NCBI GenBank assembly: GCA_011174795.1
Contig: DUEY01000007.1
Location: forward strand, 70 to 64,069
DNA from: Dehalococcoidia bacterium
GTDB taxonomy: Bacteria > Chloroflexota > Dehalococcoidia > SZUA-161
DNA length: 64,000 nt
Direction: 5' to 3'
Shown here: positions 1-7,855 of the stretch, piece after piece
Layout: each line of letters starts with the position of its first letter
Position numbering within the stretch: the stretch's first letter is position 1
Position numbers and translations under genes: made by a program
The notes under the pieces: generated by a model
The model's input: the letters and a program-made list of their open reading frames with translations, nothing else
Databases searched by the model: none
What the model was told of the DNA's origin: nothing

Positions 1-2
1 AG

Positions 3-2168
3 CTCTATGAACAGGACATCACCGGCTTGAGAGAATCATGGAACTGGGATGATATCAGAGACTCAGCATTCGGCGTATCCCTGAAGATGAACGCATTCCT
101 GAATACTACCGGATGCACTCAGGTCTATATGGAAGTCGACTACGCAGGGCCCGAGGGCACAGGCTCAGTGGCGCAGAGAAATCACTGGCCTGTACACGTT
201 ATCTATCAGGACAGCGAGTTCTCCGTAAAGCCCCAAGTTGTGGTTGTGGACCTCGACGGTGACGGACTGAACGATGTGCTCACGCAGACGGAGCAGGACA
301 TCTACTACTTCAGGAAGACAAGCATCGATCCGGTACAGTGGGATATGATTGTTATCGAGAAGGACCCGGCGGCACAGTACTTTGCCAGGACGCTCAAGGT
401 AGCGGACCTCAACGGCGATGGCAAGCTCGATATCTTCGGGATGCTGGTACATGAAGATGCCATCATTCCCCCCGACAAAGCTGCTGCTTTCTGGATGGAG
501 TACGGCGGCGATGAACCGCTGGCAGACAACTGGACGACTCACGCAATTAAGTGGGGCTCGGGCCAGACAAACGTCCTTGCCGAGTTCGGTGAGAAGTGGG
601 ACCAGGCCGATGTCATCGACGTTGATGGCGATGGCGACCTGGATATAGTAGCCAACTGCGAGGAGTGGTGGGAGGACGGCTGGGGTATATATTCGTTCTG
701 GGACCCCAATGCGAGTTCCGCCACCGCTGCCGTGGTGTGGTTCGAGAACAGACTCGATGAAGAACCATATACGTTCGATGATATGAGCGGAATCTCCGAC
801 TCCAGCGATATAGTACTGGAGGGAGGGGTTGTCAAGCTTGCAGGCGGGCTAGGGGAAGAAGTCATAGCCTTTTCCGATGACTTTGAAGGACCGCAGGCGC
901 CCTGTTATAGCTGCCTTGAGCAGTGGCATGGTGGTAACTGGGGGTGTGTCAAGAACCAGTCTCAAAGCCCTACTCAAAGCGCGTGGGCAGGCGAGAGCCA
1001 TGATGACTTCTTCTACACCGACGAGATAGACCTGTCAGACGCGACAGAAGCATCGCTCGAGTTCTGGTACAGGCATTACGGCACCGACACCGATGATTTC
1101 ACCCTTTACTTCTATGACGGAACCGGAGGTGAATTCCCGGCCGGCTGGAATATAATGGACGAGTTGGGCCGACGGGGAGCAGACAACCAGTGGCATCAGT
1201 ACAGCATTCCAATAGATATCGGTACTTATGGCATTCCTAACTTCGAGATAGCGTTCGACGCCGACCTTGGATGGGTGTTTCCCTTCGTCCAGGAACAGGC
1301 ATGGATTGATGACGTAGTAGTGACCAAGCGCACAGAACGCGCAACGTTAGGCGCTCTCACATCCGTGACCATTGCCCCTGACAACCTGGACACGTGGGGC
1401 ACGTTTACCGCGACGCACACATTGCCAGCAGGAACCGACATCATCTATAGCATCCTCGATGCCAGTTGCGACTGTGAGATAGTCAGCATCACTGCCGCCC
1501 AGGCGGCTGCAGGGTATGATATGTCGTCAACAGTGGAGGCTAGCTCGATCAAGCTGCGTGCCATCCTGACAGGTGACGGCACTGCCACGCCGATGCTGGA
1601 TGAATGGCAGGTGACGTGGTCAGATGGCTCACCAACACCGTGTAGCTGGAATGACACGTTTGACGGCCTCTGCGTCATAGAAGCGGAAAACTACACCGAG
1701 TTGTATGACGGCACGTGGGTGAAACGTGCCAACTATGAAGGCTACGGTGGGGATGGCTATATGCAAGACCACAATGCAATACAGGCTGGTGCCTACGCGT
1801 GGAACGACACTGAGGGTCTGGAATATGCCTTCGATGTCAAGGGTGGTCTTTATTACCTCTGGGCGCGCCAGTGGGTTCCTGCGAAATGGGGCTTCGGCCT
1901 CGCATTTCTCGGAGGCCAGAATTCCAATTCGGCGTGGATTGGCCTGGATGGCGAACCTATTAATGCTGCCCTTGATAGCGGCAACGGCGGATTCGATGAG
2001 TGGTACTGGATACATAACAGTATCCCCATCTACCTGTCGCCAGGTACTCACACCATAAATCTGCGCGTTAGTGAGGGAGGATATGCCCTGGACAAGGTCA
2101 TTTTGACGCCCGATGTCGCTTTCGTGCCATCCAGCGAGGGGCCATGCGTAACGCTTTATAACCCTTGA
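3..2168 (+). CDS. FG-GAP/VCBS-repeat protein with a C-terminal carbohydrate-binding-like domain (5'-partial)
   Basis: ORF 27..2168 stays open in frame up to the window edge. It carries repeated Ca-binding DxDGDG motifs (DLDGDGLNDV, DLNGDGKLDI, DVDGDGDLDIV) typical of FG-GAP/VCBS blades. The C-terminal segment (CVIEAENY...YYLWAR...) resembles CBM/malectin-type modules. Confidence 0.6.
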   Translation, partial: LYEQDITGLRESWNWDDIRDSAFGVSLKMNAFLNTTGCTQVYMEVDYAGPEGTGSVAQRNHWPVHVIYQDSEFSVKPQVVVVDLDGDGLNDVLTQTEQDIYYFRKTSIDPVQWDMIVIEKDPAAQYFARTLKVADLNGDGKLDIFGMLVHEDAIIPPDKAAAFWMEYGGDEPLADNWTTHAIKWGSGQTNVLAEFGEKWDQADVIDVDGDGDLDIVANCEEWWEDGWGIYSFWDPNASSATAAVVWFENRLDEEPYTFDDMSGISDSSDIVLEGGVVKLAGGLGEEVIAFSDDFEGPQAPCYSCLEQWHGGNWGCVKNQSQSPTQSAWAGESHDDFFYTDEIDLSDATEASLEFWYRHYGTDTDDFTLYFYDGTGGEFPAGWNIMDELGRRGADNQWHQYSIPIDIGTYGIPNFEIAFDADLGWVFPFVQEQAWIDDVVVTKRTERATLGALTSVTIAPDNLDTWGTFTATHTLPAGTDIIYSILDASCDCEIVSITAAQAAAGYDMSSTVEASSIKLRAILTGDGTATPMLDEWQVTWSDGSPTPCSWNDTFDGLCVIEAENYTELYDGTWVKRANYEGYGGDGYMQDHNAIQAGAYAWNDTEGLEYAFDVKGGLYYLWARQWVPAKWGFGLAFLGGQNSNSAWIGLDGEPINAALDSGNGGFDEWYWIHNSIPIYLSPGTHTINLRVSEGGYALDKVILTPDVAFVPSSEGPCVTLYNP

Positions 2169-2203
2169 GCACGTCGTTGGTTCGAATCCAACTCCAGCTA
2201 CCA
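2169..2203 (+). other. tRNA 3' fragment (T-arm, acceptor 3' strand, CCA); not a complete tRNA gene
   Basis: GTTGG-TTCGAATC-CAAC forms a canonical T stem-loop, followed by TCCAGCT, A and CCA. The complementary 5' acceptor strand AGCTGGA and a D-arm are absent from the roughly 76 nt upstream, which lie inside the preceding CDS. Confidence 0.7.
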
Positions 2204-2212
2204 TGAACATAA

Positions 2213-2247
2213 GACCCCCGGATACCTGGCATCCGGGGGTCTTTCTT
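2213..2247 (+). terminator. Rho-independent terminator just downstream of the tRNA fragment
   Basis: An 11-bp GC-rich stem GACCCCCGGAT/ATCCGGGGGTC with loop acctggc, followed by TTTCTT. Confidence 0.75.
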
Positions 2248-2308
2248 GCTAATTTCGAGAAATCTTTGTATAAACGAACCGCATAAGGTCGAGTTTCACA
2301 GTAGAGCA

Positions 2309-2611
2309 TCATATGCCGAGGGCTTTGGCAAGCTTACCGACAGCAACCTTTCCCTTTTCAGCGGGAATGACCTCGGTGTTCCAGCCCTGCAACCGCATCC
2401 CCTCCAGGAAGGGCATCAGGGCCTCGAGGTCGGGAACCTCCCATACGCAGACGACGAGCCATTGCGCACGGGCATAGTACGAGGCTATGAGCTTTCCTCC
2501 GGGCACCACCTCCGACGGCTTAGACAGGACATCTCTCGCAGCCTGAATTCCCATTGTCGCCATCTCCGGTGGTATCATGCCGACCGGCCTGTGGATGAGA
2601 ATGACCTCCAT
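2309..2611 (-). CDS. Small hypothetical protein (DUF3303-like by recollection)
   Basis: I placed the start at the internal Met (MEVILIHRP...) because AAGGAGG lies 8 nt upstream. The longer ORF to 2677 lacks an RBS. No catalytic motif was recognised. Confidence 0.55.
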   Translation of the reverse strand: MEVILIHRPVGMIPPEMATMGIQAARDVLSKPSEVVPGGKLIASYYARAQWLVVCVWEVPDLEALMPFLEGMRLQGWNTEVIPAEKGKVAVGKLAKALGI

Positions 2612-2817
2612 GATGTCGAACACCTCCTTTTTAGATTTTGCCTTGCGATTATATAGAATTCGCCAGCATTTTGCCAATCCCTGCCACTATTTCTCGATTT
2701 ACTCCTTGCGCTACTACACATACCGCAGTAGAATATGACAAGCAGCATAGTAAGATGAGTTCAAGATGTGCGGACGCGGAGCGTAAATTAGATCGATAGC
2801 TGCTTAGAGAGCAACTC

Positions 2818-3051
2818 ATGGCGACAGAGAAGGAACTTTTAAAGGACCTCCGCAAGTGGATAGATGAATACCTTGAGGCTGATGAGGACGTCTACAGGTT
2901 ACAGCAAATCATATCAGAGCTGTCAAAGGGCGGGCAATCGCCGAGCCTCAGCTTCAGCAAGGAATTCGATGACGCTAAACAAAGGGTTGAGACCGCCCTT
3001 AATAATATGAGGGGGATACAGGAGAAGCTGGCCAAGCACATTACCGATTGA
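2818..3051 (+). CDS. Small hypothetical, probably helical/coiled-coil protein (77 aa)
   Basis: ATG-initiated ORF with a charged heptad-like composition, followed by a GC hairpin at 3094..3127. No recognisable family. Confidence 0.4.
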   Translation: MATEKELLKDLRKWIDEYLEADEDVYRLQQIISELSKGGQSPSLSFSKEFDDAKQRVETALNNMRGIQEKLAKHITD

Positions 3052-3093
3052 AACGATAATACCTGACAAATACAGGCTGTCAAGGCACATTGA

Positions 3094-3127
3094 GGGGGGC
3101 AACCCGAACAACTCTGCGGCGCCCCCC
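3094..3127. repeat. GC-rich hairpin, a variant of the GGGGCGC palindrome family; probable terminator
   Basis: GGGGGGC ... GCCCCCC stem followed by TATTT, located downstream of the 77-aa ORF. Confidence 0.4.
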
Positions 3128-3241
3128 TATTTCATGGTGGGCTTGCCTCGTGCTACCCACCCTATACTAACTATAAGATCGCCCCGCTACCTTACTCTAT
3201 TTCCGTGTCGTGTAATTTATCTGTTTTATCGACCCTCCCGA

Positions 3242-3631
3242 TTAGTTCTTTCTCCAAGGGATATATGCCCGACTTTTAGCGTGGCACTGGATGACACCGC
3301 TGGCAGACCCCCTGGTAAACCCATGACCAGTGCTGCCGCGATATATGTTGCTTTGCAGGTATTCAAGGATGACGCCCACTATTATGAAGCTGAATGGCAC
3401 TAGCCAGACCTCTATTCCCTTTATGCTGAACCATTCCACCACCCCATCAAGCTTATCGGGGACGTCCAGGGCAAGGAACAGGTCGCCCGCGTACTTGCTC
3501 CCCACTTCATCGACTCCGAAGAGCGCGACATCGCTGAAGTGAACATACATCCCGTGTATTCCCAGGACCAGCGCCACAATCCCGGCAAGCAGCAGGAGAA
3601 TTTGAGCTGTCCGTTTCACTATCGATTCCAC
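3242..3631 (-). CDS. Hypothetical membrane protein (129 aa)
   Basis: Two clear hydrophobic segments (ILLLLAGIVALVLGI and VWLVPFSFIIVGVIL). No recognisable family. Confidence 0.45.
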   Translation of the reverse strand: MESIVKRTAQILLLLAGIVALVLGIHGMYVHFSDVALFGVDEVGSKYAGDLFLALDVPDKLDGVVEWFSIKGIEVWLVPFSFIIVGVILEYLQSNIYRGSTGHGFTRGSASGVIQCHAKSRAYIPWRKN

Positions 3632-4144
3632 TTCACCCTCACCAAACGAGCTAAATCTGGCTATACCTCAAGTACATGTCCCACCAGACATAACCATTGT
3701 GCTCGAAACGGCAGGTACGAACAATGTGACGAGTGTACTTATTTTATTTGAATTTTTCTTACTTTATTCGTTCATTCAACGAGCCAAATTTAGCATAAAG
3801 TACTAATTACGCCGGTCTATGAAAAGGAGCCAAATCGCGAAGTTTGGGCTGCCGGGATACTATTTTGTACCGATTGCAGCCTCGGTAGCTTCCAACCACG
3901 TTATGGTAGATAAGTTCCATCCTATTATGTTAATCATACCTTGCTGTGTGCGTACCATTTCCGTACCTGTTCATCCATGTTATGAGACTTCTGTCACATC
4001 TCTTATCAGGTTGGTGAAATACAATAGAATCGAGGCCGGGCGTATCTCCCAGCCAGCCCCGCCCGCCGGGGTGGTTCACTCTCCTTACCACCCCCCAAGC
4101 GTGCGGGGTATATTCACACCTGAAAACATCACGCCTAAAACCGT

Positions 4145-4196
4145 CCAGATGCCCAGACATCTGAACATTCAAACAGTCAGATACTCAGGCATCTGG
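4145..4196. promoter_or_regulatory. Inverted repeat CCAGATGCC-N34-GGCATCTGG abutting the parA promoter; candidate operator or centromere-like site
   Basis: A 9-bp perfect inverted repeat ends 5 bp upstream of the -35 box. The left arm plus its flank (AACCGTCCAGATG...CAGACATCTGAACAT) is a variant of the 25-bp repeat found at 27746 and 29537. Confidence 0.4.
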
Positions 4197-4201
4197 ATGC
4201 C

Positions 4202-4230
4202 TTGACAGCCCTGTCCCATTGCCCTATAGT
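4202..4230 (+). promoter_or_regulatory. Sigma70-type promoter of the parA-like operon
   Basis: TTGACA, a 17-bp spacer, then TATAGT, about 28 nt upstream of the ATG at 4259. Confidence 0.55.
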
Positions 4231-4258
4231 AGGGGCGTATCATACCCGGCGGTTGCCT

Positions 4259-5017
4259 ATGCTCACTATAGCAGTCTCCAACCAGAAGGGTGGCTCGGCC
4301 AAGACAACCACTGCCATCAACGTCGGGGCAGCGATTGCCGAGGGCGGTAAACATGTCCTCCTGGTAGATGCCGACCCCCAGGGACATCTCGCCGAGGGCT
4401 TCGGTATCGACGCAGGTGCCCTTGATAAGGAAATCTCCATGGTACTGGACGGCAATCTCTCGCTGCGGGAGATAATCATCAGTGTCCGGCCCAACCTCGA
4501 CCTGGCTCCCAGCAACATCAAGCTGTCATACCTCGAGGCATCCCTCTTCACCAGACACCGCCGTGAGGACAAGCTCAAGAACGCCCTGTCCGCGGTTAAG
4601 AACAGCTACGACTTCATCATTATCGACTGCCCGCCCAGCCTGGGTCTGCTTACCGTGAACGCCCTGTCCGCTGCCGATTGCGTTCTCATAACTATGGTGT
4701 GCGAATTCTACGCCATGCTGGGCGTCAGCCTGCTGCTGGATGTGATCGAGGAGATGAGGGTTGAGCTCAATCCCTCCCTCCACATCCTCGGCATCGTCCC
4801 CACCCGCCTCAACCGCACAATCCACGCCCGTGAGGTCCTGGAGCGCACTAAAACAGAGCTCGAGGGCCGCGTCAAGGTATTCGAGCCAGCGGTAAACGAG
4901 AGTGTGCGCTTCAAGGAGGCAGCGGCTGCCGGCCAGACTATATTCGAGTACGCGCCCGATATCAAAGGTGCGGAGGCCTATCGAATCATAGCTAAGGAGA
5001 TTGCCGATGGACTCTAA
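4259..5017 (+). CDS. parA: ParA/Soj-family partition ATPase (no N-terminal HTH)
   Basis: Deviant Walker A motif NQKGGSAKTT at the N-terminus, DADPQ, and IIIDCPPSLG. I placed the start at MLTIAVSNQKGG; the ORF-track start at 4202 overlaps the promoter. Confidence 0.85.
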   Translation: MLTIAVSNQKGGSAKTTTAINVGAAIAEGGKHVLLVDADPQGHLAEGFGIDAGALDKEISMVLDGNLSLREIIISVRPNLDLAPSNIKLSYLEASLFTRHRREDKLKNALSAVKNSYDFIIIDCPPSLGLLTVNALSAADCVLITMVCEFYAMLGVSLLLDVIEEMRVELNPSLHILGIVPTRLNRTIHAREVLERTKTELEGRVKVFEPAVNESVRFKEAAAAGQTIFEYAPDIKGAEAYRIIAKEIADGL

Positions 5018-5282
5018 AGAGAGAACGCTCGGAACGCGTGCCAGCATCTTTAAAAAAACCGATAAAGCTATACCCGAACTCGAGGAACCGGCGGAGGATG
5101 TGAAGCGCCCCCCGCAGCAGCCGAAGAGGCAGCGCATCAAAGCTACATTCTACCTGAACCCGGAGGACGTGCTGGCAATCGACGAGCTTCAGAGCAACGA
5201 GTTCAGGCAAACAGGCAAGAAGCCGGAGCGCTCCGAGATCGTCAGCCGGGCTATCCAGGTGTTCAAAGAGCAGCAGGTATAG
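5007..5282 (+). CDS. Small ParA partner with a predicted ribbon-helix-helix C-terminal domain
   Basis: AAGGAG lies 7 nt upstream of the ATG at 5007, and the gene overlaps the parA 3' end. It has a basic, disordered N-terminus followed by KATFYLNPEDVLAIDELQ...RSEIVSRAIQVF, a strand-helix-helix pattern like ParG/omega/CopG. Confidence 0.6.
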   Translation: MDSKERTLGTRASIFKKTDKAIPELEEPAEDVKRPPQQPKRQRIKATFYLNPEDVLAIDELQSNEFRQTGKKPERSEIVSRAIQVFKEQQV

Positions 5283-5310
5283 CTGGCCCGAACCTCGCCT
5301 CGAACCGCGC

Positions 5311-5338
5311 GTAGGGGCACTTCGCGAACTGCCCCGAC
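5311..5338. repeat. REP-like palindrome (GTAGGGGCAC-N-TGCCCCGAC)
   Basis: Member of the dispersed GTAGGGGCGC...GCGCCCCTAC hairpin family. It lies just downstream of the RHH gene. Confidence 0.6.
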
Positions 5339-5433
5339 AAGGCAGGAGGCACGGATTAGGCCCCCATCGAACGCAACTTTTGACAACCAGCATATAATAT
5401 ATTTATCCTATTGTACCGTTCGACGGGTATTTC

Positions 5434-6672
5434 ATGAAGGCAAAGACGATGACTTCTAACCTTGATTTCATCTCCACGGGCACGATTACCACCCCCCTCG
5501 GGTTTCTCGCCGGCGCTACGTACGCCGGCATTAAGAGCCCGAGCGATAGCGCGCTCGACCTGGGCATCCTCTACTCAGAGGCACACTGCGCGGCTGCCGG
5601 CGTTTTTACCACGAACAGAATCAAGGCGGCGCCGGTAACCCTGTGCCAGCGGAACCTGAAGGACAGCAGAGCCCAGGCTATCGTGGTCAACAGCGGATGC
5701 GCCAATGCCTGCACCGGCGAGCAGGGCTTGGCGTATGCCGCGGAAACGGCGTCTCTAACCGCTGAAAAACTGGGGCTGACACCCGAGGCAGTACTGGTTG
5801 CCAGCACCGGCGTTATCGGCAGAGCACTGCCCATGGAACTTGTTCGAAACAGCATCGACAGAATAACCCTATCACGAGAAGGGGGGCATGACCTAGCGAA
5901 GTCTATTACCACGACCGACCGCTTCCCCAAGGAGACAGCGGTTCAAACAAACCTGGGGCACGAAAAGACTGCCATAGCCATCGGCGGCATCGCCAAGGGT
6001 TCGGGGATGATACATCCCAACCTGGCGACCTTGCTCTGCTTCCTTGCGACCGACGCCGCGGTCGAGCCCGAGTTTCTCAAGGAAGCGCTACGAAAGGCGG
6101 TAGACGTATCGTTCAACATGGTCACTATAGACGGCGATACCAGCCCCAACGACTCGGTAATCATACTGGCAAACGGGCTCTCCGGCAGCGAGATGATCGA
6201 GAGCAATAAGCCGGGGTCGGAGGAGTTCGAAAAGGCGCTGGAGGCAGTCTGCCTCTCCCTGGCGAAGTTAATCGCCGGCGACGGTGAGGGGGCGACCCGG
6301 CTTATCGAGGTCAACGTTGAAGGCGCACTCACGGTGACCGATGCCCGAATGGGAGCTCGCGCTATCGCGGGTTCGTCGCTGGTGAAGTCGGCAGTACACG
6401 GCTCCGACCCCAACTGGGGGAGGATCATCGCCGCTCTGGGCAGGAGCGGGGTTGAGATGACGGAATCCAAGACTGACCTCTACCTCGACAACCTCTGCCT
6501 GATGAAAGGGGGATGCCCCCAGAGCTTCGACCGGGCGCAGGCGAGGGCGATATTGAACGGGGCAGAGGTGCCGGTACGGATTTGTCTTAACATCGGCGAT
6601 GCAGCAGCCACAGCCTGGGGCTGTGACCTATCGCAAGAGTATGTTACTATAAATAGCGAGTATACTACGTGA
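5434..6672 (+). CDS. argJ: Bifunctional ornithine acetyltransferase / N-acetylglutamate synthase
   Basis: Full-length ArgJ pattern, including the autoproteolysis region GMIHPNLATLLCFLATDA and TTDRFPK. Confidence 0.9.
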   Translation: MKAKTMTSNLDFISTGTITTPLGFLAGATYAGIKSPSDSALDLGILYSEAHCAAAGVFTTNRIKAAPVTLCQRNLKDSRAQAIVVNSGCANACTGEQGLAYAAETASLTAEKLGLTPEAVLVASTGVIGRALPMELVRNSIDRITLSREGGHDLAKSITTTDRFPKETAVQTNLGHEKTAIAIGGIAKGSGMIHPNLATLLCFLATDAAVEPEFLKEALRKAVDVSFNMVTIDGDTSPNDSVIILANGLSGSEMIESNKPGSEEFEKALEAVCLSLAKLIAGDGEGATRLIEVNVEGALTVTDARMGARAIAGSSLVKSAVHGSDPNWGRIIAALGRSGVEMTESKTDLYLDNLCLMKGGCPQSFDRAQARAILNGAEVPVRICLNIGDAAATAWGCDLSQEYVTINSEYTT

Positions 6673-6695
6673 AAGGGATAATCACAGGGTAAGCG

Positions 6696-7847
6696 ATGGC
6701 AGAACCAAATATCAAACCCTCATCGGGGAAAAGGCTCCTCCTGGGACTCGGGTTTGTATACCTGGGAATCATCGGCCTAGGTATTGGTCTCTACCTCGAT
6801 GATATGGCCGCGGTTATCATCGGGCTGGCTGTTATCTCGCTGGGAATGGCTGTCTACACCGTAGCAACCGTGAGGGGCTCATACCGGCGAATGCGAACCA
6901 TCGCCAACTTCGTGTTTCACGAGAAACTCGCTATTATCAGCAGTTACCTGGGAAAGCCGCAGAAGCAGATTGAACACGACAGGCAGGCTGCCCTGGAGAT
7001 GGAGAGATGGGTTGAGCCGATATTAAGACAGGAGTTTGAAGAGTTGTGGCAAGAGTATTTTGAGAATGAGAGAAGGCCCATCGTGGTCAAGATCGGGGGC
7101 TCGACACTGGGCAACCACGATACCACGCTGAAAGACATCGTAGCCCTTCAGAAACAGGGGGCTCTACCGGTAGTGGTTCACGGCGGCGGCACCAGGGTAA
7201 CCGAGTGGCTCGAGAAGATGGGGGTCTCCACCAGCTTCATTCGTGGCACGCGGGTAACCGATAAGGAGTCGCTTCAGGTCGTCGTCGCCGTACTCGCCGG
7301 GCTGGTCAACAAGGAGCTTGTGGCAGCAATAAACTCCTTAGGCGGCAAGGCTCTCGGCTTGAGCGGAATCGATGGTGCGCTGATCGAAGGTCAGATTAAA
7401 AGCCCCGACATGGGCTATACCGGCGAGGTGGTCAAGGTCAATCCTGAATCGATTATCGCCGTCATCAGCGCCGGATACATCCCCGTGATCGCTACCGGCG
7501 GATTCAGACCGCCGCCTGGAGGCGACGACCCGGTCATGCTGCTCAACATCAATGCTGACGCCAGCGCCAGCGAGATTGCGCTGGCACTCAAGGCCGAGAG
7601 GCTCATCTTCCTGACCGATGTCCCCGGTGTTCAGGACGATAAAGGGAAATTGCTGCCCAAGCTGTCCGCCGCCAAAGCGCGGTCACTCATAGATTCATCG
7701 ATTATAACGGGAGGGATGATCCCCAAGGTAGAGGGGTGTCTCCGCGCGCGCTCACATGTACCCTCAACTCAGATCATAGATGGGCGTAATGAGGGGGCTC
7801 TTCTCGCCGCTGTCAAGGGCAAGGGCAACGGCACCACGATCGAGTAG
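6696..7847 (+). CDS. argB: Acetylglutamate kinase with an in-frame N-terminal extension of about 100 aa carrying two TM helices
   Basis: The kinase core starts at IVVKIGGSTL...VVVHGGG. A canonical-length ArgB would start at Met102 (nt 6999), but the upstream 101 codons are open, look codon-biased and encode two hydrophobic helices. Confidence 0.8.
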   Translation: MAEPNIKPSSGKRLLLGLGFVYLGIIGLGIGLYLDDMAAVIIGLAVISLGMAVYTVATVRGSYRRMRTIANFVFHEKLAIISSYLGKPQKQIEHDRQAALEMERWVEPILRQEFEELWQEYFENERRPIVVKIGGSTLGNHDTTLKDIVALQKQGALPVVVHGGGTRVTEWLEKMGVSTSFIRGTRVTDKESLQVVVAVLAGLVNKELVAAINSLGGKALGLSGIDGALIEGQIKSPDMGYTGEVVKVNPESIIAVISAGYIPVIATGGFRPPPGGDDPVMLLNINADASASEIALALKAERLIFLTDVPGVQDDKGKLLPKLSAAKARSLIDSSIITGGMIPKVEGCLRARSHVPSTQIIDGRNEGALLAAVKGKGNGTTIE

Positions 7848-7855
7848 CAGGTGCT

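Noticed and set aside
2128-2203. Attempt to fold a complete tRNA ending at the CCA at 2201..2203.
   Set aside because: The required 5' acceptor strand (AGCTGGA), D-arm and anticodon stem are not present in the 76 nt upstream. Only the 3' third is tRNA-like.
3819-4205. A 128-aa ORF in the AT-rich spacer upstream of parA.
   Set aside because: It has no RBS and an odd composition. It runs across the inverted repeat and into the parA promoter, and I recognise no family. It is more likely non-coding.
6999-7847. Short-form argB starting at Met102 as the only product.
   Set aside because: Not fully rejected. I disfavour it because GGAG abuts the ATG with no spacer and the upstream in-frame region looks genuinely coding (two TM helices). 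I reported the long form with this caveat.
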